From NCBI GenBank assembly GCA_963735595.1, contig CAVTLK010000001.1:1-64000 (forward strand): a stretch of DNA of 64,000 nt, given 5' to 3'. Made by a program: the position numbers and the translations under genes. This document shows, piece by piece, positions 30,349 through 38,955 of the stretch. Below the pieces are notes generated by a model. It saw only the letters and a program-made list of their open reading frames with translations, was not told the DNA's origin and did not search any database. Each line of letters begins with the position of its first letter. Positions within the stretch are counted from its first letter, which is position 1. The stretch is from an uncultured delta proteobacterium. GTDB lineage: Bacteria; Desulfobacterota; Zymogenia; Zymogenales; Zymogenaceae.

Positions 30349-30582
30349 CTACGTGGGATCAAAGTCGCTGATAACGACCGACCCGTCCTCGGCCTGGGTC
30401 AGCATTTCCACCTTCTTTTCGGCCTCGTCCAATTTCCTGGTCAAGATGCCCACCAGGGCGATTCCCTCCTCGAATATCTTGAGGGACTCCTCAAGAGAAA
30501 GCTCACCCGTGTCCAGCCGCTGTACGATTCCCTCAAGCTTTTTGAGCCCGGAATCAAAATCCATGTTTTCGATGCCGCCCAT
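30349..30582 (-). CDS. xseB: Exodeoxyribonuclease VII small subunit
   Basis: FDSGLKKLEGIVQRLD.GELSLEESLKIFEEG. Confidence 0.93.
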   Translation of the reverse strand: MGGIENMDFDSGLKKLEGIVQRLDTGELSLEESLKIFEEGIALVGILTRKLDEAEKKVEMLTQAEDGSVVISDFDPT

Positions 30583-30669
30583 TGCCGCCGGTCCTTACCC
30601 TCAGAATCGATTCATATCTTATTTCTATAATACTATTACTTCACCCATATAAAGTCAAGTAAAAGGCGT

Positions 30670-31548
30670 TCAGTCGACCCGTTTGCCCATGAGCTCGGCC
30701 GGGTTGACCCTGTTGTAGTTGAGCCGCGCGCCGAAGTGAAGGTGCGCCCCGGTGACCCGGCCGGTTGCGCCGACGAGGGCGACCATCTGTCCCCGCTTCA
30801 CCGACTCCCCCCCGGTGACCAGGACATCGGAGAGGTGAAAATAAACCGTGTAGAGGCCCTGGCCGTGATCGATGAACAAGGATAGCCCCGAAAGATACCT
30901 GTCCATCACCAGGGCAACGTTGCCGTCATTAGCGGCGACGATCGGTGTCCCGGTTACGGCGGAAATGTCGATTCCCTCGTGGGAGTAGGGTGGCTGGCTA
31001 TTGATGTAGCGCGTCAGCCCAAAGGCCGTGGTAATCTCACCGACGAGCGGCATCATGAAGGGTTCGGACCAGAGCCTGCGGGGCGATTCAGTGGCATAGA
31101 GCGCAGTAGAGATTTCGGCCTCGTGTTGGATACGCTTGAGCGTCGCGTCATCAAACGATACCCATTTTTCGTCCAGCGTTAATCGTTGGACGAAAAAATT
31201 TCCCTTGACGACCGCGATGCTCCGGGTCATCGTCTCGGTCGCACCGTTGCTCCTCTTGATGGTTACGGCCAGAGTCTTGACCTCGGGGGACGCGGCCAGG
31301 TCGACCCCCAGGAGCCCCACGAACGTACCGGGGACATCGGTTGGATTAAAATAAACGGCGCGTCGGGCAAAGAGGCCTTTTGCCGAGGCCACCGTATCGT
31401 CGCCGGAAAGAGCCACTATATAGACTCCGCCCTGGTAAACCCTGTCGGGAACATTGATGTTTACAGCCGCCGCCGGGGCGGTCCAAACAAAGAAGACAAA
31501 GAGGATCAACGCCGCCGAGACGAGACGTTCGGAGTTACGAGGTTTCAT
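30670..31548 (-). CDS. Secreted M23 family metallopeptidase
   Basis: HEGID, DHGQG, YFHLS, TGRVTGAHLHF. Confidence 0.9.
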   Translation of the reverse strand: MKPRNSERLVSAALILFVFFVWTAPAAAVNINVPDRVYQGGVYIVALSGDDTVASAKGLFARRAVYFNPTDVPGTFVGLLGVDLAASPEVKTLAVTIKRSNGATETMTRSIAVVKGNFFVQRLTLDEKWVSFDDATLKRIQHEAEISTALYATESPRRLWSEPFMMPLVGEITTAFGLTRYINSQPPYSHEGIDISAVTGTPIVAANDGNVALVMDRYLSGLSLFIDHGQGLYTVYFHLSDVLVTGGESVKRGQMVALVGATGRVTGAHLHFGARLNYNRVNPAELMGKRVD

Positions 31549-32836
31549 CGGTCTTTTTCCCTTTGATATCTGCGAAGAGAATTCCTTCGTGAAGCCTGAT
31601 CCGCGCGGTGGCCCCGACGTCGATGTCCGATACGCTGCGGATGATTTTCCCGTCGACGGCCCGCTCGGTGATGGAATAGCCGCGTGACAATACCGCCTCG
31701 GGCGAGAGCCTCGTGAGGGCATGGGAGAGCGACGCCAGAGCCGATTTTCTATCGTACACGCGGGACGCGGCCGTCGATTTCAACCGGGAAGCGGCCATCG
31801 CAAATCGCAGGGCAAAGCGGTCGATGTCTTGTTTCGGGCTCCTGACCCGCGCGGCCAGGGCCGCCAGCCGTTCGCGGTGCCGCGCGACCCGGCTTGCAAT
31901 CCGGGCGGCCATGCGTTGCTGGATGCCGTCCAGAGTCATATAGAGGTCGTCAAGCCGCGGGGTGACAAGCTCGGCGGCCGCGGTGGGGGTGGGTGCGCGG
32001 ACATCGGCGACCAGATCGGCGACGGTAAAATCGATCTCATGACCGACGGCCGAAATCACCGGGACCTCGCAGGCAAAGACGGCATCCGCGACCGCCTCGG
32101 TATTGAATGCCCAGAGATCTTCCAGCGAGCCGCCCCCCCGTCCAACGATGACGACGTCGGCAAGCCGCATGCGGCCGACGATCTCTATGCCACGGGCGAT
32201 CTCATATTCCGCCCCTTCTCCCTGCACCCTGACCGGGACGATGAGGATGCGGCTTCCGGGCATCCTGGTGAAAATGACTTTGAGGATGTCAAAAAGGGCG
32301 GCGCCGGTGGGGGAGGTCACAACGGCAATCCGGGCCGGCAGAAAGGGGAGCGTACGTTTGCGCTCGGCGGCAAAATAGCCCTTTTCGGACAGGCGCTTTT
32401 TGAGTTGCTCCAGGGCCAGCATCATCGCCCCGATGCCTACCGGCTCGATGTGATCGGCGATCAGCTGGTATTCTCCGCGGGCGGCGTATACACCGACGCG
32501 CCCCATAATGAGGACGTGCTGTCCATCGGCGGGACGCCATGACGGCTCGCCTGACGGACGGTCGATGTCGGAAAAAAGGGAATCGGCCGGCCTGTCGATC
32601 GATCGGGCAGGGATACCGGAAAACCCGAGGGATCGGGCCTGGTTCTTGAAAAGCACCACGCGGATCTGGGCCGTGTCATCCTTCAGGGTAAAATAGACGT
32701 GGCCGGATGAAGGCGTGGCCAGTCCCGATATCTCTCCCTGGACCCAGACGGCGGGGAACGCCTCGTCCAGCAGATCGGTTATCAGGCCGGTCAGCTCGCC
32801 GACGGTCAGAAACCTGCGGTTAGTAAAATCGTCCAT
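31535..32836 (-). CDS. xseA: Exodeoxyribonuclease VII large subunit
   Basis: VWVQGEIS, SGHVYFTLKD, RGGGSLEDLWAFN, VGHEID, APTPTAAAE. Confidence 0.95.
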   Translation of the reverse strand: MDDFTNRRFLTVGELTGLITDLLDEAFPAVWVQGEISGLATPSSGHVYFTLKDDTAQIRVVLFKNQARSLGFSGIPARSIDRPADSLFSDIDRPSGEPSWRPADGQHVLIMGRVGVYAARGEYQLIADHIEPVGIGAMMLALEQLKKRLSEKGYFAAERKRTLPFLPARIAVVTSPTGAALFDILKVIFTRMPGSRILIVPVRVQGEGAEYEIARGIEIVGRMRLADVVIVGRGGGSLEDLWAFNTEAVADAVFACEVPVISAVGHEIDFTVADLVADVRAPTPTAAAELVTPRLDDLYMTLDGIQQRMAARIASRVARHRERLAALAARVRSPKQDIDRFALRFAMAASRLKSTAASRVYDRKSALASLSHALTRLSPEAVLSRGYSITERAVDGKIIRSVSDIDVGATARIRLHEGILFADIKGKKTDETS

Positions 32837-32926
32837 GGGTGCGGTCCCTTATTGACTTATTGGCCCGGCGCGTGTATTTTTATACTTTAATCTAAATCGA
32901 AAACAACCTCAATAGGTTTTTTACCG

Positions 32927-33919
32927 ATGCTGGTCCTGGGAATAGATACCTCGTGTGATGACACCTGCGCCGCAGTCCTCGGGGATGATTTCGAGATACT
33001 GAGCTCCATCGTCTCTTCACAAGATGAGATACACGGCCGGTTCGGAGGCGTGGTGCCGGAGCTGGCGTCGCGAAAACACGTCGAGAATATCATCCCCATC
33101 ATTGACCACGCGCTGACCTCGGCCGGTGTAACGTTTTCCGATATCGACCTGATCGCCGTAACCAGGGGGCCGGGCCTGGTGGGTTCTCTGGTGGTGGGGG
33201 TTTCGGCCGCCAAGGCCATTTCCCTGGCCCGGTCGATCCCGCTGGTGGGAGTTAACCATCTCGAAGGCCACATCGCGTCGAGCTTCCTGGTGCCGGACCG
33301 TCCCGGATACCCGTTTGTGGCATTGGTGGTCTCCGGCGGACACACGAATCTCTACGTCGCAAACAGAGAGGGTGACTATATCCTGAGGGGGCAGACCGTC
33401 GACGATGCGGCAGGCGAGGCCTTCGACAAGGTGGCAAAGCTGCTGGGGCTCGGCTATCCGGGAGGGAGGGCTATCGAGTCGGCCGCGGCCGCAGTACGGG
33501 GGACGCCGGTTCACTTTACACGGCCGTTGTTAAAAAAGGGCCTGTATGACTTCTCGTTTTCGGGCTTAAAGACGGCGGTACGCACCGTTGTCGCCGCCGA
33601 GGCTTTTCTTGACGAGGCGCTTATCGGGAGGATAGCGGCCGGTTTTCAGGAGGCGGTAGTGGACGTGCTGGTCAAGAAGACCCTCGATCTGGCAAAAAAG
33701 GAGTCCATACAGACAATTGTCGTTACCGGCGGCGTGGCGGCCAACTCGCGATTGAGAGCGGTCATGGCCGAGCGCGCCGGCGGCGTGAGAGTGCTGCTCC
33801 CCCCGAAGCACCTGTGCACGGACAATGCGGCGATGATCGCCGCGGCCGGAAGAATCAGGGCAGAGGAGGCCTCTCTGGATAACCTCTCCTTGAACGCGGT
33901 ATCCCGATGGATGATCTAA
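32927..33919 (+). CDS. tsaD: tRNA N6-adenosine threonylcarbamoyltransferase
   Basis: LGIDTSCDDT, GGVVPELASR, NHLEGH, SGGHT, DDAAGEAFDK, TDNAAMI. Confidence 0.96.
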   Translation: MLVLGIDTSCDDTCAAVLGDDFEILSSIVSSQDEIHGRFGGVVPELASRKHVENIIPIIDHALTSAGVTFSDIDLIAVTRGPGLVGSLVVGVSAAKAISLARSIPLVGVNHLEGHIASSFLVPDRPGYPFVALVVSGGHTNLYVANREGDYILRGQTVDDAAGEAFDKVAKLLGLGYPGGRAIESAAAAVRGTPVHFTRPLLKKGLYDFSFSGLKTAVRTVVAAEAFLDEALIGRIAAGFQEAVVDVLVKKTLDLAKKESIQTIVVTGGVAANSRLRAVMAERAGGVRVLLPPKHLCTDNAAMIAAAGRIRAEEASLDNLSLNAVSRWMI

Positions 33920-34443
33920 GGTCCACCCCGTCCGATCCAAAACCGAAACGCGCATCCCTGAGAAAGCGAATCTACGACGGCCTGCCTTCCCGGGGGACGA
34001 GCCTCAGGCAGCAGATACGGACGCTTATCTTCTCTGACGATTCCCAGGGGCAAATCGCGCTCGGTGCCGCGATCGGGGTCTTCGTGGCGCTTTCGCCCTT
34101 CGTGGGGACGCAGACGATAACCGCCCTCGGGCTTTCCCTGATCTTCGGGGCGAGCCGGCTGGCGGCGCTTGTCGGGACGCTGCTCAACAATCCGGTAACC
34201 ATGCCGCTTTTCTACCTGCTGGAGATGAAGCTCGGCTCGTATCTCCTCGGCTATCGCCTGGCCATGCCCGAGGGGATATGGGATAGTATGACGGAGCTGT
34301 TTTCCCTCGGCAGGAAGGCGTTTATTTCAATCATGGCGGGATTCGTGATAATCGGCCTGGTGTCGTCAATCGCCGCGTATATTCTCACGCTCGGGGCCGT
34401 CGGTTACCTGCGAAAAAGGCGGGAGGGGAAACAGGGGCAATGA
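33907..34443 (+). CDS. DUF2062 family membrane protein
   Basis: IALGAAIGVFVALSPFVGTQT...NNPVT. Confidence 0.8.
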   Translation: MDDLRSTPSDPKPKRASLRKRIYDGLPSRGTSLRQQIRTLIFSDDSQGQIALGAAIGVFVALSPFVGTQTITALGLSLIFGASRLAALVGTLLNNPVTMPLFYLLEMKLGSYLLGYRLAMPEGIWDSMTELFSLGRKAFISIMAGFVIIGLVSSIAAYILTLGAVGYLRKRREGKQGQ

Positions 34444-35300
34444 CCTCTCTCAGGGACACCCTCCAACGATCGGGGATCTTCCCCTACAAGGGACGGGGGC
34501 AGCACTTTCTCGTAAACGCCGCGGTAGCCCAAAAGATCGTTGCGCTTGCCGGGCTTACCCCCAACGATGTAGTAGTGGAGATTGGGCCGGGGACCGGGGC
34601 GCTGACGGCCGATCTCGTGCGGCAGGCCGGCCGGACCATCGCTATCGAGTCGGACAGGAAGCTTGCCTCCCTTATCAGGGAGACGATCGATTCGGACCGC
34701 CTCGAGGTGGTCTTCGGTGATGCCCTTCGGTACGACTTTCGCGCGCTCGGCGTATCGATCGGCGCGCGCTTTACGGTCGTGGCAAATCTCCCCTATAACA
34801 TATCGACCCCGCTCATATTTCGGCTGCTGGACGCCCGCCAGGTTGTCAAGAGGATCGTTCTGATGCTCCAGAAAGAGGTGGCCCTTCGGCTGACTGCCCC
34901 GCCCGGCACGAAGGAGTATGGTGCGTTAACGATCACGGCATCGCTCTATTCCGATATTTCAATCGCGCTTACCGTCGGGAGTGGGAACTTTTACCCGAGG
35001 CCAAAGGTCGACTCGGCCGTCGTGGTCTTTGAAACCCGCACGAACCCGCGGGTCGACGTGGGAGACACCGGTATATTTCCGCAGGTCGTCAGGGCGGCCT
35101 TCACCAACCGGAGGAAGACACTCAGGAACGCCCTCAAGGCACTCCTCGGTCATGCCGCTTCCGAAGGGATGGGGGCGATTGAGCAGCAGGCGGGGATAGA
35201 CCTGGGACGGAGGGGAGAGACCTGTTCGGTGGAGGAATTCGGCGCCCTGGCCCGGGCGGTTTCGACCGTCGTCCGGGGTACGGTTCAGAACGAGCGGTAG
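34440..35300 (+). CDS. rsmA: 16S rRNA dimethyltransferase RsmA/KsgA
   Basis: GQHFL, EIGPGTG, ANLPYNIS, QKEVA, PRPKVDS, RRKTLRN. Confidence 0.96.
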   Translation: MTSLRDTLQRSGIFPYKGRGQHFLVNAAVAQKIVALAGLTPNDVVVEIGPGTGALTADLVRQAGRTIAIESDRKLASLIRETIDSDRLEVVFGDALRYDFRALGVSIGARFTVVANLPYNISTPLIFRLLDARQVVKRIVLMLQKEVALRLTAPPGTKEYGALTITASLYSDISIALTVGSGNFYPRPKVDSAVVVFETRTNPRVDVGDTGIFPQVVRAAFTNRRKTLRNALKALLGHAASEGMGAIEQQAGIDLGRRGETCSVEEFGALARAVSTVVRGTVQNER

Positions 35301-35321
35301 GACGGACCGAGACGGGTGAGA

Positions 35322-35948
35322 TCAGATCTCTTTTTTAAGAATGATCACTTCCGTCGCAGGCCCGACGAGGCCCTTGAAGTCGGCGGCGTCCTTCTCGGTG
35401 CCGACGATCTCCCCCCAGTGCATGGGGACGACCCGTGAAAGCTTCATGGCGTTGACGGCTTCAGCTGCTTCGCGGCTTTCCATGGTGTAGGTCCCGCCGA
35501 TCGGGACGAAGCCGACATCGGCTGTCAGGCCCTTCATCTCCGGGATGAAGTCGGTATCGCCGGCGTGGTAGAGGCGCACCCCGTCGATGGTAAGGATATA
35601 CCCAAGCCAATCGTTCGCTTTCGGGTGGTACGTTTTCGTGAGATTATACGCGGGGACGGCCTCAATCGTCATCCCCATGAGCCGGGCGGACTCCCCGGGG
35701 CGCATCGTTACTACGGAGGCGGGATAGTCGGGCCTGGCGTCCGACGAGATAACGAGCGTCGTCTTTTCCCCGGCGACCTTGGCGATGTCTTCGGGAGAGA
35801 AATGATCCGAATGGGTGTGAGAGACCAGGATGAGGTCGGCTTTCCGTACACGGGTAACGCGGTAGGGATCAAAGCAGACCGTTCGTGAGCCGTACACGGC
35901 AAAAGAGGCGTGCCCGAGCCAATGAATCTTTTCCATGATATCGGCCAT
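35322..35948 (-). CDS. MBL-fold metallo-hydrolase (UlaG-like)
   Basis: WLGHASF, SHTHSDH, YHAGDT, PMHWG. Confidence 0.9.
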   Translation of the reverse strand: MADIMEKIHWLGHASFAVYGSRTVCFDPYRVTRVRKADLILVSHTHSDHFSPEDIAKVAGEKTTLVISSDARPDYPASVVTMRPGESARLMGMTIEAVPAYNLTKTYHPKANDWLGYILTIDGVRLYHAGDTDFIPEMKGLTADVGFVPIGGTYTMESREAAEAVNAMKLSRVVPMHWGEIVGTEKDAADFKGLVGPATEVIILKKEI

Positions 35949-36160
35949 ATCACTGTTCCTCCTTTTTTAACTATACCGCGGCGGGAGTATAGTGTCAAGT
36001 GCGCCCGATGCGGGGCATACGGGAATGACCGCAGCGGCCGTACGGATTTCGTGGCCGCGGAATGGGATCGGCGAGGGGAGTAGTTGAAGAATCTGAAGAA
36101 ATTCATCGTAATTACGGTATGTTGCGTGATCGAACCCCGTTGGGGGGAAATAATAAAAGC

Positions 36161-36189
36161 TTGACAGTTTATAGCGATTATGATACTTT
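36161..36189 (+). promoter_or_regulatory. Putative sigma70 promoter of cheW-cheW-romR
   Basis: TTGACA, 17 bp spacer, TG-n-TACTTT. Confidence 0.6.
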
Positions 36190-36287
36190 TTTCCATGTAA
36201 TTATTACTTATGCAGGCACCTCCAGCGGTCTTTATGGGCGCGCCAGGGCGAACGAATCAAATCCCGACGGTATAGGGGCGATCCCCG

Positions 36288-36764
36288 GTGATTGGACGTG
36301 ATCAAGGGCGAGAGGGCGAACAGAGCCTTATTACGGTCTTCTCGGTCGGGGAAATAAGGTTTGCGATCAACGTCGAGAACCTGTCAGAGATAATCCAGTT
36401 TACCGATATCATAATGGGCTCTGACAAGGGATGCGTGCTCGGAACGGTGGACCTGAGGGGTGTCAAAATACCCATCCTTGACATGGAAAAGTACTTTGGA
36501 GTAGAGGCGTCGCAGGATAGCCGCAGCCTCCGAAGCATGATCATACTCAAAAAGAACGTAGGCGACGAGCCCGGTATGATGGGTATGATCGTCGATCGTA
36601 TCGAGGGTGTGCACCGGGAGAAAGAATTGACCTTCTACTCGTTTCCCGAGATTGCGCAGAACAATGATACGGCGGTTTATCAGGGCACGCTCTTGTTGGG
36701 ACAGGAGCTTATCCTGTTCTTGAATACGCCGCGGTTAATGGAGCGGGCGTGGGCCGCCCGCTGA
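36288..36764 (+). CDS. CheW-like protein
   Basis: VFSVGEIRFAINV..EII, VLGTVDLRGVKIPILDM, GMIVDRIEGV. Confidence 0.8.
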   Translation: MIGRDQGREGEQSLITVFSVGEIRFAINVENLSEIIQFTDIIMGSDKGCVLGTVDLRGVKIPILDMEKYFGVEASQDSRSLRSMIILKKNVGDEPGMMGMIVDRIEGVHREKELTFYSFPEIAQNNDTAVYQGTLLLGQELILFLNTPRLMERAWAAR

Positions 36765-36861
36765 TCCAATCGAATAAGCGGGTGAGCATTGAATGCCGCC
36801 GCGGCCGAAGGCAACGAGGCACGTATATTTTTTCTCGCTCAGGATAGGACTCCTAAACGGC

Positions 36862-37278
36862 GTGATTGAACGGCAATATTTCCTCTTCGCCCTTGAGAAA
36901 AGGACGTTTGGTGTTCCCATTGCCGACGTCGTTAAGGTTGTTTCTATCGAGAGGATTTATCGGATACCGTTGCTGTCCGCTTTCTTCTGGGGATTTATCA
37001 TCCATGAAAAAAGGCCGGTCCCGTACATAAACCTGAAGAAGAGGATGAACATGGCCGGCCGAGCCGACAACGAAATCGGCGTTATTGTACGTGTCGGCTC
37101 CGAACCCATAGCGTTTTCAATAGACGGCAGCTACGAAGTCGTGGAGCTTGAGCGGGAACCGGAACCGATTCCGATGGAGTTTAAGGGGGTGATGAAGAAC
37201 TTTTTCAGCGCCCGAGGCACTCACAATAACCGGAATTTCATTATACTCAATGTTCGCGCACTGGCCCCCGCATCATAG
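36862..37278 (+). CDS. CheW-like protein
   Basis: FALEKRTFGVPIADVVKV, RIP...WG.I....PVPYINL, AFSIDG; start uncertain. Confidence 0.75.
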   Translation: MIERQYFLFALEKRTFGVPIADVVKVVSIERIYRIPLLSAFFWGFIIHEKRPVPYINLKKRMNMAGRADNEIGVIVRVGSEPIAFSIDGSYEVVELEREPEPIPMEFKGVMKNFFSARGTHNNRNFIILNVRALAPAS

Positions 37279-37302
37279 ATAACCTTTATACGGTTAAATG
37301 CC

Positions 37303-38876
37303 ATGCCAAAAAAGATCCTGCTCGCCGATGACAGCGTAACAATCCAGAAGGTCGTGAGTATCACCCTTGCCCATGAGGATTTCGATCTCACGATCGTTGA
37401 TAACGGTTCGAAGGCCGTCTCCAAGGCTAAAGAAATCAAACCCGATGTAATCCTGCTGGATGTCGTTATGCCGGACAAAGACGGCTATCAGGTCTGCCAG
37501 GAGATCAAGGGGAACGCCGATCTCAAGAATACCCCGGTTATCCTTTTGACGGGCACATTTGAGCCCTTCGACGCGGACAGGGCCGCAGAGGTCGGTGCGG
37601 ACGACTTTATCAAGAAACCGTTTGAATCTCACACCCTGATCAACAAGGTAAAGGAAATGGCGTCGCGTTCCGGGGTATCCCGCGGAAAACCGGTCGATAT
37701 CAGCGGGGTTGACATTGATTTCGAGACTCCGATCGAGGCCGAATACGAAACAACGCCGGCAGCAAAAGAGACGCCCCGTGATGAAGGGGTGGCAACCGGG
37801 GACCTTGAGAGTGCCTGGGAGACGGAGACGGAAACGGAAAAGCCATCCGTAAAGCAACAGGAAGGCGATGATATCTGGTCGGTCGAGGAGTTTGAGGATA
37901 TCGGCGGGACCGGGGGGGAAACAAAACCTCGGGAACGGGCAGCGCGGCCCGCGATTGCTTCGGAGACGGAAAGCCCGTCGCCGAGACCGTCGGAGCGAGA
38001 GCCAGTAAAGGAGGGACTTTCTCGAGAGGCGGCCGCCTCCGATGAGTTCTTCGTTAGAGAGGGTAAACCGCGCGATGTCAATGTCGAGGATTTCGAGCTG
38101 GGCGAAGAAATCAGCGAGGATGAGCTCGAAAAATTCCTCGAAGAAGAGACAACCGATGTGGAGATAGGCGCCGGGGAAGAGCCGGAGATTGGCAGCCCCG
38201 ATGTTTCCGGTGCGGACGAAGAGATATTTATGTCCGGGGAGGGCGGACGTACGGCACGGCCCGGCCGACAGGCGTCCCGGCCGGCAGATGAGGAACTGTT
38301 TGTCGAGGATTTTGAGGGATCACCTCTCGACAGGGATGTTCGTAAGCAGACCGGTGACTTTCTTGTGGAGGACTCGGACGAAGAAGAGCCGATAGAGCTT
38401 GAATGGGAGGACGAGCCGCCTCCGAAAGCGCAGAAGGCCGCGGCCCCTGAAAAAGCCGCCGACGAGTTCGAAACGCTGATCCGCAGGACGGCGGAAGAAG
38501 AAATGGCGGATTTTCCTCGTGAGCAAGGCAGCGACTCCCGGTGCCGCACGCCGGCCTGCAACGAGGGAATTCGAGGTCGATTTAAGCTCGTTTGAAGAAG
38601 AACCCCGGCGGGGTGAGACAGGAAAGAGTCGGTCGGATTTGGGGACGTTCGACTTCGAGGAACTTTCGGAAGGAGACCCCAGTCGAAGGGGAAGGCCCCG
38701 GAGTGGAAACGGCCGCGGGAGAGTTCGCTGAACGGGCCGATAAAAAAGACATGTCCAAGGCCGTTGATAGGATTGCGCGGGAGCTCATCGAAAAGGTGGT
38801 CTGGGAAGTGGTGCCGGAATTGGCCGAGGAGCTTATTAAACAGGAAATAAAGCGTCTCAAAGGCGAGAAGTCATAG
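37303..38876 (+). CDS. romR: RomR-like polarity response regulator: receiver, acidic disordered linker, RomR C-terminal helix; two apparent frameshifts at ~38520 and ~38670
   Basis: MPKKILLADDSVTIQKVV...LLTGTFEPFD...KPFES; C-terminus RELIEKVVWEVVPELAEELIKQEIKRL; directly upstream of valS. Confidence 0.82.
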
Positions 38877-38914
38877 ATATATCGTAATTACGAAAGCGCA
38901 GCCGTTTTTCGATT

Positions 38915-38941
38915 AGGGGATGAGCCATCCCCTCATTTTTT
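38915..38941 (+). terminator. Hairpin with T-tract between romR and valS
   Basis: AGGGGATG-agc-CATCCCCT-ca-T6. Confidence 0.55.
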
Positions 38942-38955
38942 GTCGTTTCTTGATA

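Noticed and set aside
37629..38561. 310-aa Ser-rich minus-strand ORF
   Set aside because: Reverse complement of the Glu/Asp-rich romR linker
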